Source of the DNA: Minisyncoccota bacterium
Lineage (GTDB): Bacteria > Patescibacteriota > Minisyncoccia > Phycocordibacterales > UBA2100
Direction of reading: 5' to 3'
DNA length: 64,000 nucleotides
Assembly: GCA_035708165.1 (NCBI GenBank)
Contig: DASSSZ010000005.1
Location: 40,719 to 104,718, forward strand
The translations under genes and the position numbers were made by a program. Each line of letters begins with the position of its first letter. The stretch's first letter is position 1. Below are positions 47,545 to 56,781 of the stretch, piece after piece. Under the pieces are notes generated by a model. It worked only from the letters and a program-made list of their open reading frames with translations, was not told where the DNA came from and did not search any database.

Positions 47545-48153
47545 ATGAAATTCATGCTCGGCACCAAGGGGCGGATGACGCAGGTCTTCGACGAGACCGG
47601 GCGCGTGTCCGCTGCGACCATCATCTCGGCGGGTCCGCTCACGGTCACGCAGGTGAAGAATGCGGAGACTGACGGCTACGAGGCCGTGCAGGTCGGCTTC
47701 GGAGAGAAGGCGGCGAAGAACATCGCGAAGGCGCAGCAGGGCCATTTCAAGGACCTGGGGCTCTTCCGCTTCGTGCGCGAGTTCCGGGTCGCAGGCATGC
47801 ATCAGCGCGGCGACACGATCGACATCACATCGTTCGCCCCGGGCGATATCGTCACCGTCTCGGCCACGACCAAGGGCAAGGGCTTCCAGGGCGTGGTGAA
47901 GCGCCATGACTTCCGCGGCATGCCGCGCACGCACGGCACGAAGCACACCGAGCGCTCCTCGGGCTCGATCGGCGCGGGCGGCTTCCAGCGCGTGTTCAAG
48001 GGCAAGCGCATGGCCGGCCGCATGGGCGGTGAGCGCGTGACCGTGAAGAACCTCAAGGTCCTCCAGGTGATCCCGGAGACGAACACGCTCCTCATCAGCG
48101 GCGCGATCCCGGGGCATCCGGGCGCACTGGTGGAAATCGTCTCGAACGCATAA
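47545..48153 (+). CDS. rplC: 50S ribosomal protein L3
   Basis: G.KG.MTQ, KGKGFQGVVKRH, KGKRMAGRMG. Confidence 0.97.
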   Translation: MKFMLGTKGRMTQVFDETGRVSAATIISAGPLTVTQVKNAETDGYEAVQVGFGEKAAKNIAKAQQGHFKDLGLFRFVREFRVAGMHQRGDTIDITSFAPGDIVTVSATTKGKGFQGVVKRHDFRGMPRTHGTKHTERSSGSIGAGGFQRVFKGKRMAGRMGGERVTVKNLKVLQVIPETNTLLISGAIPGHPGALVEIVSNA

Positions 48154-48158
48154 GGCAT

Positions 48159-48845
48159 ATGACTACTGATATCTACAACGCGAAGGGTACGAAAGCGGGC
48201 AGCATCGATCTGCCGGCAGCGCTCTTCGGAGAGCCGTGGAACGAGACCTTGATGCACCAGGTGATCGTGGGCATGCAGGCCAATGCCCGCACGCCGGTCG
48301 CGCACACCAAGGATCGCGGCGATGTCTCAGGCGGCGGCAAGAAGCCGTGGCGCCAGAAGGGGACCGGCCGCGCGCGCCATGGCTCCACCCGCTCGCCGAT
48401 CTGGCGGCACGGCGGCGTCGCGCATGGCCCGCGCAACGATAAGGACTACTCGAAGAAGATCAACCGGAAGGTGCGCGCCAAGGCGCTTGCGATGGCGCTC
48501 ACGAAGAAGCTCGCGGATGGCGAAGTGCTCTTCGTGGACAGCCTCGGCCTCTCGGCCCCGAAGACGTCCGATGCGAAGCAGCTCCTCGGCACGCTCGCCG
48601 CGGTGAAGGGCTTCGAGGCGCTCGGCACCCGCCGCAAGAATGCCGCGTTCGTGGCGCTCTCCGGCAAGGACCTGAACGCTGAGAAGAGCTTCAGCAACTT
48701 CGGCAATATCGAGGTGGACGAGGTCCGCAACCTCAACCCGCTCGACGTGCTCTCGCACAAGTTCCTCATCATCACGAACCCGGCTGAGGCGCTGAAGTCG
48801 CTCGAGGGCCGCATGACCAGCACTAAGACGGCCGCGGCCGAGTAA
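48159..48845 (+). CDS. rplD: 50S ribosomal protein L4
   Basis: GGGKKPWRQKGTGRARHGS. Confidence 0.97.
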   Translation: MTTDIYNAKGTKAGSIDLPAALFGEPWNETLMHQVIVGMQANARTPVAHTKDRGDVSGGGKKPWRQKGTGRARHGSTRSPIWRHGGVAHGPRNDKDYSKKINRKVRAKALAMALTKKLADGEVLFVDSLGLSAPKTSDAKQLLGTLAAVKGFEALGTRRKNAAFVALSGKDLNAEKSFSNFGNIEVDEVRNLNPLDVLSHKFLIITNPAEALKSLEGRMTSTKTAAAE

Positions 48846-48856
48846 CGAATACCGAT

Positions 48857-49207
48857 ATGGCACTCTTCAGCAAGGACGAGGAAACGAAGGGCGAGGCGAT
48901 CGCCGAGCAGGCGCCGCAGGTCGCGCCGAAGGCTGCGCACGCGCTCACGCGCGCCCGCATCACTGAGAAGGCGACCGAGCTCGCCATGAAGAACACGTTC
49001 GTATTCGACGTGTCGCTCAGCGCGAACAAGCGCCAGGTGATCGAGGCGATGCAGGCGCTCTACAAGGTCACGCCGGTCGCGGTCCGCATGGTGCGCGTCC
49101 CGCGCAAGACGGTGCGGCACGCGCGCCGCGGCACGTACGGGACGACCAACCTCGGCAAGAAGGCGTACGTCACCCTTAAGGATGGTGACACTATTTCCCT
49201 GATGTAA
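48857..49207 (+). CDS. rplW: 50S ribosomal protein L23
   Basis: ITEKA, F.V...ANK, KKAYVTLK. Confidence 0.95.
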   Translation: MALFSKDEETKGEAIAEQAPQVAPKAAHALTRARITEKATELAMKNTFVFDVSLSANKRQVIEAMQALYKVTPVAVRMVRVPRKTVRHARRGTYGTTNLGKKAYVTLKDGDTISLM

Positions 49208-49211
49208 GCGT

Positions 49212-50054
49212 ATGAAGATCTACAAACCGACAACTCCCGGCCAGCGCGTGAAGGTGCGCGTCGAGTACAAGAAGGTGCTCTCCGGCCACGCACCCGCGAA
49301 GCGGCTCACGAAGGGCGGCAAGCGCGCTGTCGGCCGCAACAACGCCGGCCGCATCACGAGCCGCCACAAGGGCGCGGGCGTGAAGCGCGTGTTCCGCGAC
49401 GTTGATTTCCGCTACGACAAGCGCGATATCCCCGCCACCATCACGTCCGTCGAGTACGACCCGAACCGCACCGCGTTCATCGGGCTCGCGGTCTATGCCG
49501 ATGGCGAGAAGCGTTACGTCGTGCTCCCGCAGAAAGTCGTGCCGGGCACCTCGTTCGTCGTCTCCGAGAAGGCGCCGGTCGAGATCGCCAACCGCCTGCC
49601 GCTCTCGAAGATCCCGATCGGCACGTTCGTCTACAACGTCGAGCTGAAGCCGGGCGCAGGCGCCAAGATCGCGCGCTCCGCCGGCAACTACGCCGAGGTG
49701 ATCGCGCACGATGCGGGCTATGTCCATCTCAAGATGCCGTCGTCCGAGGTGCGCAAGGTGCAGGGAAGCGCCTGGGCGACCGTGGGCGAGGTCAGCAATG
49801 CCGAGAGCCGGCTCGTGAAGGGCGGCAAGGCCGGCCGCAATCGCTGGCTCGGCAAGCGTCCGACCGTGCGCGGCAGCGCCATGAACCCGGTCGACCACCC
49901 GTACGGTGGCGGCGAGGGCCGTCAGGGCCGCGGGCTCCGCTACGCGAAGACGCGCTGGGGCCAGCACGTGGGCAAGGGCCAGAAGACCCGTCGCCCGAAG
50001 AAGTACTCGAACACGCTCATCGTGCGCCGCCGCCAGGTGGGCAAGCGCAAGTAA
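49212..50054 (+). CDS. rplB: 50S ribosomal protein L2
   Basis: EYDPNRTA, RG.AMNPVDHP.GGGEG. Confidence 0.98.
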   Translation: MKIYKPTTPGQRVKVRVEYKKVLSGHAPAKRLTKGGKRAVGRNNAGRITSRHKGAGVKRVFRDVDFRYDKRDIPATITSVEYDPNRTAFIGLAVYADGEKRYVVLPQKVVPGTSFVVSEKAPVEIANRLPLSKIPIGTFVYNVELKPGAGAKIARSAGNYAEVIAHDAGYVHLKMPSSEVRKVQGSAWATVGEVSNAESRLVKGGKAGRNRWLGKRPTVRGSAMNPVDHPYGGGEGRQGRGLRYAKTRWGQHVGKGQKTRRPKKYSNTLIVRRRQVGKRK

Positions 50055-50057
50055 TCA

Positions 50058-50127
50058 GGTGCTACTGAGCATGCTCAGTAGCACCGAGAGGAATGCAGGA
50101 CCCCGGCCATGGCCGGGGTCCTGCATT
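50058..50127. repeat. two adjacent perfect palindromes (28 bp and 36 bp), probable terminator hairpins
   Basis: GGTGCTACTGAGCA|TGCTCAGTAGCACC and AATGCAGGACCCCGGCCA|TGGCCGGGGTCCTGCATT. Confidence 0.85.
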
Positions 50128-50435
50128 GAGGCTGCGTGCACCCGCTACTCCTGGGGCGCAGGACGGTGCGGCCGCTCATGGCGAGGGGCGCGCATCCCCT
50201 CCATGGCTCCCGGCCGGGCGGCGCGATGCGCCCGAGAGCGGCAACGGCGGCGGTCTGCGCCGCATGCCCGCTCGGGAAGGCCTGATCACGAGGTTCTCCT
50301 GGCCGATGGGGCGCGCGCGATCCCGGTGCAGCCGGTCCGGGCCGGTGAGCGCGGCACGGCCGTGCGCCTGCGATGGGGTGAGCCCCTGTGCAGGGGAGGC
50401 GCGTATGCTCGTTTCCGGAACTGCCGAGCGTCCGT

Positions 50436-50464
50436 TTGACTCACGGCATCATATCCTGTACTAT
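50436..50464 (+). promoter_or_regulatory. sigma70 promoter of rpsS
   Basis: TTGACT-17nt-TACTAT. Confidence 0.7.
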
Positions 50465-50503
50465 GCCCGCACTCCCGCCAGATGCGGGTTTTCAATTGAA
50501 TCC

Positions 50504-50851
50504 ATGACGCGTTCGATCAAGAAGGGTCCCTATGTGGACGAGAAGCTGATGAAGAAGGTCGGCGCCCGCAAGCCGGGCGACGGCGTCATCAAGACGTGGG
50601 CTCGCCGCAGCCAGATCGCGCCTGAGTTCGTGGGCTACACGTTCGGCGTGCACAACGGCAAGCAGCATGTCGAGGTCCTCGTGACCGACGAGATGGTCGG
50701 CCATTTCCTGGGCGAGTTCTCGCCGACGACCCGCTTCGGCCGTCACGGCGGCAAGATGCAGAAGGAGCTCGATCAGAAGAAGAAGGACGCGGAGATCGCG
50801 GCCGCAAAGGCTGCCAAGTCTGCGGGCGATGCCGCAACCGCCAAGAAATAA
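50504..50851 (+). CDS. rpsS: 30S ribosomal protein S19
   Basis: [27 protein letters not shown]. Confidence 0.97.
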   Translation: MTRSIKKGPYVDEKLMKKVGARKPGDGVIKTWARRSQIAPEFVGYTFGVHNGKQHVEVLVTDEMVGHFLGEFSPTTRFGRHGGKMQKELDQKKKDAEIAAAKAAKSAGDAATAKK

Positions 50852-50855
50852 TCGT

Positions 50856-51269
50856 ATGAAGGCCTCTCTCTCCCAGTATCGCCAGTCGCCGCGCAAGGTG
50901 CGCCTCGTCGCGGATCAGATCCGCGGGCAGCGCGTCGAGCGCGCACGCGAGCTTCTCGCCTTCGGCGAGAAGAAGTCCGCGCCGGCCCTCCTCAAGCTCC
51001 TCGACTCGGCGCTCGCCAATGCGCGCGACCAGGGGCAGGCGACCGACGGCCTCATCGTGAAGACGATCACGGTCGACTCCGGCGTCGTGATGCGCCGCAT
51101 GCGCGCTCGCGCGCGCGGCCGCGGCGCCATCATCCGCCATCGCACCAGCCGCGTCACGCTTGAGCTCGCGCCGGCTGCAGCGCCGAAGAAGACCGCTGCC
51201 AAGAAGCCTGCTGCGAAGAAGGCGGCCGCGAAGAAGGCAGAGGCTCCGGCCGACGCCGCTACCGAATAA
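50856..51269 (+). CDS. rplV: 50S ribosomal protein L22 (Lys/Ala-rich tail)
   Basis: SPRKVRLVAD.IRG, RARGR. Confidence 0.96.
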   Translation: MKASLSQYRQSPRKVRLVADQIRGQRVERARELLAFGEKKSAPALLKLLDSALANARDQGQATDGLIVKTITVDSGVVMRRMRARARGRGAIIRHRTSRVTLELAPAAAPKKTAAKKPAAKKAAAKKAEAPADAATE

Positions 51270-51273
51270 TCCT

Positions 51274-51948
51274 ATGACTCATACCGTACATCCGTTCGCA
51301 CATCGCCTCGGCGTCATCCGTGACTGGCAGTCCCGCTGGTTCGCCAAGACGCCGGCCGACTACCGCCAGAACGTCCGCATCGACACGGCGATCCGCCAGT
51401 TCCTGGCGAAGCGCCTGCGCGGCTACTATGTGACCGGCGTCGAGCTCGAGCGCGGCGAGAAGGCGATCCGCGTGCGCATCAAGACCTCGCGCCCGGGCAT
51501 GGTCATCGGCCGCGGCGGCGAGGGTTCGACCAAGCTCACCAAGGAGCTCGCCCGCGTCGTCCGAACGGCCGGCGTCAAGGACGTCCCGTCCATCCGCATC
51601 GATATCGAGGAGGTCCGCTCGCCTGAGTCGCAGGCCGCGATCGTCGCCTACATGGTCGCTGAGGGTCTCGAGAAGCGCATGCAGTTCCGCCGCGTGCTGA
51701 AGCAGACGGTGGAGAAGGTGATGGCGAACCGCGACGTCGAAGGCGTGCGCATCGCGATCGCCGGCCGCCTCGGCGGCGCGGAGATGTCCCGCTACGAGGA
51801 GATCAAGCGCGGCCGCGTGCCGCTGCAGACGATCCGCGCGGATATCGACTTCGCCCGCGAGCATGCGTACCTCCCGTACGGCGTGATCGGCATCAAGGTC
51901 TGGATCTACCGCGGCGATATCTTCGATGACGGAGAGAATCGCGCATAA
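51274..51948 (+). CDS. rpsC: 30S ribosomal protein S3
   Basis: RPG.VIGRGG, GRLGGAE, GRVPLQT.RADID. Confidence 0.97.
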   Translation: MTHTVHPFAHRLGVIRDWQSRWFAKTPADYRQNVRIDTAIRQFLAKRLRGYYVTGVELERGEKAIRVRIKTSRPGMVIGRGGEGSTKLTKELARVVRTAGVKDVPSIRIDIEEVRSPESQAAIVAYMVAEGLEKRMQFRRVLKQTVEKVMANRDVEGVRIAIAGRLGGAEMSRYEEIKRGRVPLQTIRADIDFAREHAYLPYGVIGIKVWIYRGDIFDDGENRA

Positions 51949-51953
51949 CGCTT

Positions 51954-52376
51954 ATGTTGTTCCCCAAGAAGACAAAATTCCGCAAGTGGCAGACCCGCCG
52001 CCAGCACGCTGAGAAGATCGCGCAGCCGGCGCAGCGCGGCACGACCGTGGCGTTCGGCAGCTTCGGCCTCAAGGCGACGAGCTCCGCGCGCGTCACGAGC
52101 AACCAGATCGAGGCAGCCCGCCGCGCGGCGAGCCGCGAGGCCGGGAAGGCCGCCAAGATGTGGATCCGCATCTTCCCTGACCGCCCGTTCACGGCCAAGG
52201 CTGCTGAGGTGGGCATGGGTAAAGGCAAGGGCGAGCCGCAGGGCTACGTTGCCGAGGTGCGCCCGGGCCGCGTGCTCTTCGAGCTCGACGGTATCCCGGA
52301 GGCGCAGGCTCGCGCCGCCCTGCGCAAGGCAGGCATGAAGCTCCCGGTCACGGTAAAGATCGTCGCGCGCGACTAG
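51954..52376 (+). CDS. rplP: 50S ribosomal protein L16
   Basis: QIEAARRA, WIRIFPD, MGKGKG. Confidence 0.97.
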   Translation: MLFPKKTKFRKWQTRRQHAEKIAQPAQRGTTVAFGSFGLKATSSARVTSNQIEAARRAASREAGKAAKMWIRIFPDRPFTAKAAEVGMGKGKGEPQGYVAEVRPGRVLFELDGIPEAQARAALRKAGMKLPVTVKIVARD

Positions 52377-52390
52377 CGCATCTCACGCAT

Positions 52391-52585
52391 ATGAAGGCAA
52401 AGGACATCAAGACCAAGAACGACAGCGACCTCGTGAAGCTCATCACCGATGAGCGCGAGTCGCTGCGCACGTTCCGCTTCAGCGAGGCGGGAAGCCGCAC
52501 GAAGAACGTGAAGGCCGCTCGCGAGATGAAGAAGACCGTCGCGCGCGCGATGACTGAACTTGCATCGCGCCGCAAGAACGCGTAG
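52391..52585 (+). CDS. rpmC: 50S ribosomal protein L29
   Basis: Position; L..FRF, KK.VAR..T. Confidence 0.9.
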   Translation: MKAKDIKTKNDSDLVKLITDERESLRTFRFSEAGSRTKNVKAAREMKKTVARAMTELASRRKNA

Positions 52586-52617
52586 GATACGCGAGCTGAA
52601 ACGCACTATCTACTACT

Positions 52618-52872
52618 ATGGCAACTGAGACGCAGGAGAAGAAGGGAGGCAAGACGCTTCGCGGCGTGGTCGTGAAGGCTGCCATGAAGGACACCGTGAC
52701 GGTGGCCGTCACCCGCTACGTCAAGGCGCCGAAGTACGGCAAGTACGTGAAGCTGGTCAAGAAGTATCTCGCGCACGATCCGGGCAACACCGCCTCGGTC
52801 GGCCAGCAGGTCACCATCCGCGAGACGCGCCCGATCTCGAAGAACAAGACGTTCGCGCTCGTCTCCGCCTAA
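52618..52872 (+). CDS. rpsQ: 30S ribosomal protein S17
   Basis: KY.AHD, I.ETRPISK.K. Confidence 0.95.
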   Translation: MATETQEKKGGKTLRGVVVKAAMKDTVTVAVTRYVKAPKYGKYVKLVKKYLAHDPGNTASVGQQVTIRETRPISKNKTFALVSA

Positions 52873-52877
52873 CGCCT

Positions 52878-53249
52878 ATGTTGCAGCCCCAGTCACTCGT
52901 CAAGATCACGGACAACTCCGGCGGCAAGATCGGCCGCATCTTCAAGGTGCCCGGCGGCAGCAAGCGCCGGTACGCGCAGATCGGGGATGTCGTCATCCTC
53001 TCGGTGCAGAGCGCCGAGCCACGCAAGCAGGTCAAGAAGAAGGATATCCTCCATGCGGTCGTCGTCCGCCAAGCGAAGCCGTTCCGCCGCAAGGACGGCA
53101 GCTACATCCGCTTCGACGACAATGCCGTCGTCATCATCGAGAAGGGCAAGCAGGAGCCGCGCGCGAACCGCGTCTTCGGTCCGATCCCGCGCGAGATCAC
53201 GGAGCGAGGGTATACGAAGATCGGCTCGCTCGCGCCCGAGGTCGTCTAG
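52878..53249 (+). CDS. rplN: 50S ribosomal protein L14
   Basis: DNSG, FDDNAVVI, RVFGP, SLAPEV. Confidence 0.97.
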   Translation: MLQPQSLVKITDNSGGKIGRIFKVPGGSKRRYAQIGDVVILSVQSAEPRKQVKKKDILHAVVVRQAKPFRRKDGSYIRFDDNAVVIIEKGKQEPRANRVFGPIPREITERGYTKIGSLAPEVV

Positions 53250-53263
53250 CACGCATTTTGCAT

Positions 53264-53521
53264 ATGAAGATCAAGAAAGGAGATAAGGTGCTCGTGATCG
53301 CGGGCAAGGAGCGCGGCAAGACCGGGACGGTCAGCCAGGCGCTGCCGTCGCGCGAGATGGTCGTCATTGACGGCCTCAACATCGCGAAGAAGCACCGCCG
53401 CGCGACGCGCCAGGGCGGCAAGGGCCAGATCATCGATATCGCCATGCCGATCCACGTCTCGAACGTGCAGCGCGTGGACGCGTCCGGCAAGCGCATCCGC
53501 TCGGCGAAGAAGGCCGCATAA
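53264..53521 (+). CDS. rplX: 50S ribosomal protein L24
   Basis: IKKGDKV.VIAGKE.GK.G, PIHVSNV. Confidence 0.96.
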   Translation: MKIKKGDKVLVIAGKERGKTGTVSQALPSREMVVIDGLNIAKKHRRATRQGGKGQIIDIAMPIHVSNVQRVDASGKRIRSAKKAA

Positions 53522-53526
53522 CGCAT

Positions 53527-54063
53527 ATGATCACGCACGACAAGCAGCAGGGAATGATGGCAGCTCTGAAGGAGCGCTTCGGGTATACGAACCCGATGCA
53601 GACGCCGAAGGTGACGAAGATCGTCCTCTCGACGGGCGTGGGCTCCATTGCCGATAAGAATAAGCGCGAGCTCATCTTCAAGCGCCTGACCGCGATCGCG
53701 GGCCAGAAGCCGAAGGAGACGCAGACGCGCAAGTCCATCGCCACCTTCAAGACCCGCGAGGGCGACCTCTCGGGCTACCAGGTGACGCTGCGCGGCGCAC
53801 GCATGTACTCCTTCCTCGACAAGCTCATCCATGTCGTCCTTCCGCGCACGCGCGACTTCCGCGGGCTTTCCGCGACTGGCATCGACGAGATGGGGAACTA
53901 CACGTTCGGCATCCGCGAGCACACGGTCTTCCCGGAGACCGCCGATGAGGATATCCGCGACATCTTCGGCCTCGCGATCACGATCGTGACGACCGCGAAG
54001 AGCAAGGACGAGGCGGAAGCGCTCCTGCGCGAACTGGGCTTGCCGCTGCAACAGCAGGCGTAG
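53527..54063 (+). CDS. rplE: 50S ribosomal protein L5
   Basis: GQKP, SIA.FK.R.G, LPR.RDFRG. Confidence 0.96.
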   Translation: MITHDKQQGMMAALKERFGYTNPMQTPKVTKIVLSTGVGSIADKNKRELIFKRLTAIAGQKPKETQTRKSIATFKTREGDLSGYQVTLRGARMYSFLDKLIHVVLPRTRDFRGLSATGIDEMGNYTFGIREHTVFPETADEDIRDIFGLAITIVTTAKSKDEAEALLRELGLPLQQQA

Positions 54064-54132
54064 CCTGCTGGGAGGAGTACGCTCCTTCTCATCATCCGGC
54101 ATGGAAACGGCCGCCTCTCGGGCGGCCGTCTG

Positions 54133-54411
54133 TCATTTCCGGCGAGAGGCTCTCGCTGCTTCTTCCTGCAGCCGCATGCGCTCATGCCGCCGCCCGATCT
54201 CGAAGGCGACCTGCAGGACCTCATTCAGCTCGGCGGCCGTTCCCTCATAGCGCAGCAGCGCCGCGGCGATCGTGGGTACGCCCTCGGCCACGGGATAGTA
54301 GCCGCCATTCAGGTAGACCTCTTTGCTCTTGCGCAGCCGCGGCCGGTAGGCGGCGGTGATCATGGGGTCTGCGCCGGGAGGGGTCGCGACCCGGAATTCG
54401 ATGGCTGCCAT
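54133..54411 (-). CDS. hypothetical protein
   Basis: AAGGAG Shine-Dalgarno; inserted antisense inside the spc operon. Confidence 0.6.
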   Translation of the reverse strand: MAAIEFRVATPPGADPMITAAYRPRLRKSKEVYLNGGYYPVAEGVPTIAAALLRYEGTAAELNEVLQVAFEIGRRHERMRLQEEAARASRRK

Positions 54412-54477
54412 GGAAGACTCCTTACGAAAGATGGCTCCCTACACCTAAGCACGCCGCTCATTCTGGCGCAACGCGGT

Positions 54478-54506
54478 TTGACTTCGGGAGTACGGTCATA
54501 TATAGT
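54478..54506 (+). promoter_or_regulatory. sigma70 promoter upstream of rpsN
   Basis: TTGACT-17nt-TATAGT. Confidence 0.7.
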
Positions 54507-54686
54507 GCCTTGGCCTCGCAGGGGGCCTCGTTTCTTGGCCGTCGGGCACCATTTGGCAGCAAATGGCGCACGATACCCCACAGAACGCGGTCACGCAGGG
54601 AGTGCTCTAACCAGGGCTGAAAAGCCAGGTGCACGCGCTCCCAGTCTCCTCTGTTTCCGGGCGCTAACCCATTTTCGTAACGCTAT

Positions 54687-54872
54687 ATGGCAAAGAAGTC
54701 GATGATCGTGAAGGCGAAGCGTGCTCCGAAATTCCAGAGCCGCACTATCCGCCGCTGCTTCAAGTGCGGCCGCCCGCGCGGCTACATGCGCGATTTCGAC
54801 CTGTGCCGCATCTGCTTCCGCGAGCAGGCGCTCGAGGGCAATATCCCGGGTATCAAGAAGTCGTCCTGGTAA
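54687..54872 (+). CDS. rpsN: 30S ribosomal protein S14, Zn-binding short type
   Basis: RC.KCGRPRG...F.LCRICFRE. Confidence 0.96.
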   Translation: MAKKSMIVKAKRAPKFQSRTIRRCFKCGRPRGYMRDFDLCRICFREQALEGNIPGIKKSSW

Positions 54873-54885
54873 TCCGCAATCGCTT

Positions 54886-55278
54886 ATGGTCACCGATCCT
54901 ATCGCAGATCTCATCATCCAGCTGAAGAACGCGGGCGCCGTGGGCAAGCCCACCGTCTCGCTCCCGTTCTCCAAGTTCAAGTTCGCCGTCGCGGAGAAGC
55001 TCAAGGAGGCAGGGTATGTCGCCGCAGCCGAGCGCAAGGGCCGCAAGGTGAAGAAGACGCTCGAGATCACGCTCCGGTACGCCGAGGGGGCGCACGCCAT
55101 CACTGACGTGAAGCGCATCTCCAAGCCGGGCCGCCGCGTCTACAAGCCGGTGTCCGAGATCCACGCGGTCCGCTACGGCAAAGGCTCCCTCATCCTCTCG
55201 ACGCCCCGGGGCGTCATGACGGATGCCGAGGCGCGCAAGGAGAAGGTCGGCGGCGAGGCTTTGTTCGAGATCTGGTAA
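54886..55278 (+). CDS. rpsH: 30S ribosomal protein S8
   Basis: DPIAD, RISKPGRRVY, STPRGVMT, GGE. Confidence 0.97.
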   Translation: MVTDPIADLIIQLKNAGAVGKPTVSLPFSKFKFAVAEKLKEAGYVAAAERKGRKVKKTLEITLRYAEGAHAITDVKRISKPGRRVYKPVSEIHAVRYGKGSLILSTPRGVMTDAEARKEKVGGEALFEIW

Positions 55279-55285
55279 TACGCAT

Positions 55286-55822
55286 ATGAGTCGCATCGGA
55301 AAGAATCCCATCGCTATCCCGGAGAAGACCACTGTCACGGTGTCTGACGGCGTGATCGCTATCGCAGGCCCCAAGGGCGAGCTTCGCCGCAGGAGCGCCC
55401 CTTCGATCGAGATCACCGTCGAGGGCGGCGAGGTCACGGTCGCGCCGAAGAACGAGACGCCGGAGGCGCTCGCGCTCTGGGGCACCTTCGCCGCGCACAT
55501 CCGCAACATGATCGCGGGCGTGAACGAGCCGTTCGTGAAGAAGCTCGAGGTGGAGGGCGTGGGCTACCGCGCGGAAGTGAAGGGCTCGGACCTCGTCCTT
55601 AATGTCGGCTACTCGCATCCGGTGGCGCTCTCCATCCCCGACGGGCTCGCGGTCACGGCCGAGAAGAACGTCGTCACCGTGAGCGGCATCGACAAGGAGG
55701 CCGTGGGGCAGTTCTCCGCGAATGTCCGCGCCGTCCGCAAGCCGGAGCCGTACAAGGGCAAGGGCATCCATTACGAGGGCGAGCAGATCCGCCGCAAGCA
55801 GGGCAAGAAGGCAGGTGCCTAA
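55286..55822 (+). CDS. rplF: 50S ribosomal protein L6
   Basis: MSRIGK.PI, PEPYKGKGI. Confidence 0.97.
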   Translation: MSRIGKNPIAIPEKTTVTVSDGVIAIAGPKGELRRRSAPSIEITVEGGEVTVAPKNETPEALALWGTFAAHIRNMIAGVNEPFVKKLEVEGVGYRAEVKGSDLVLNVGYSHPVALSIPDGLAVTAEKNVVTVSGIDKEAVGQFSANVRAVRKPEPYKGKGIHYEGEQIRRKQGKKAGA

Positions 55823-55831
55823 TATACACAT

Positions 55832-56185
55832 ATGACAGTCGTAGCACACACCAAGCGAGACCGCCGCATCCAGCGCCACAAGCGCGTGCGGGCGACCGTA
55901 TCGGGCACGGGAGCGCGCCCGCGCCTCTCGGTCTACAAGTCGAACACGGCGCTCTCCGCCCAGCTCATCGACGACACGGCAGGGAAGACGCTCGCGGCCG
56001 TCTCGACCGCGAAGATGACCGGCGCGACGTCCGCGGAGCGCATCGAGGCGGCAGCGGCGTCGATCGCCGAGGCGGCGAAGAAGCAGGGCATCGAGCGGGC
56101 GGTCTTCGACCGCGGAGGCTTCCAGTTCACTGGCGTTATCAAGGCGTTCGCTGATGCGGTGCGCGCAGCAGGGTTGAATATCTAA
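55832..56185 (+). CDS. rplR: 50S ribosomal protein L18
   Basis: RPRLSV, AQLIDD, VFDRGG. Confidence 0.96.
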   Translation: MTVVAHTKRDRRIQRHKRVRATVSGTGARPRLSVYKSNTALSAQLIDDTAGKTLAAVSTAKMTGATSAERIEAAAASIAEAAKKQGIERAVFDRGGFQFTGVIKAFADAVRAAGLNI

Positions 56186-56186
56186 T

Positions 56187-56768
56187 ATGTCTACAGCAGC
56201 AACAAACTCTCAGGTCGAGCGCGGCGCGGATGCGCGCCGCTCGGCAGGCGCACGCGATTCCCGCGGTCCTCGCTCGGGCGGTCCGCGCGGCGATCGCCGC
56301 GGCGGCCCGCGCCGCAATGACGAGCGCCGCAGCGAGTTCGACCAGAAGATCATCGGTATCCGCCGCGTGACCCGCGTCATGGCTGGCGGCCGACGCTTCA
56401 CGTTCAGCGTGGCGATGGTCATCGGCGACAAGAAGGGTCGCGTCGGCGTCGGTCTCGGCAAGGCCGCGGACACGGCGCTCGCGATCGAGAAGGCGACCCG
56501 TGCCGCGCGCAAGGAGATGATCGCGCTCGACCTCACCGACACGAAGAGCATCCCGATGTCGGTCGAAGCGAAGTACTGCGCGTCGGCGGTCTCCATCCGC
56601 CCGTCGAAGGGTCGCGGCCTCGTGGCCGGCTCCTCGGTGCGCACGGTGCTCGAACTCGCCGGCGTCACGGATGTGACGGCGAAGCTCCTCTCGCGCTCGA
56701 AGAGCCCGATCAACAACGCGCGCGCAGCCCTCAAGGCGCTCTCAGGCGTCGCGAAGAAGACCCAGTAA
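56187..56768 (+). CDS. rpsE: 30S ribosomal protein S5
   Basis: RVTRVMAGGRRF, VG.G.GKA. Confidence 0.96.
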   Translation: MSTAATNSQVERGADARRSAGARDSRGPRSGGPRGDRRGGPRRNDERRSEFDQKIIGIRRVTRVMAGGRRFTFSVAMVIGDKKGRVGVGLGKAADTALAIEKATRAARKEMIALDLTDTKSIPMSVEAKYCASAVSIRPSKGRGLVAGSSVRTVLELAGVTDVTAKLLSRSKSPINNARAALKALSGVAKKTQ

Positions 56769-56781
56769 TCCCATTTCCCGT

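Noticed and set aside
50093-50503. N-terminal extension of S19 (similar extended ORFs on fusA, tuf, tpiA, rpmB, rpsH)
   Set aside because: Canonical starts lie downstream, and promoters fall inside several of the supposed extensions
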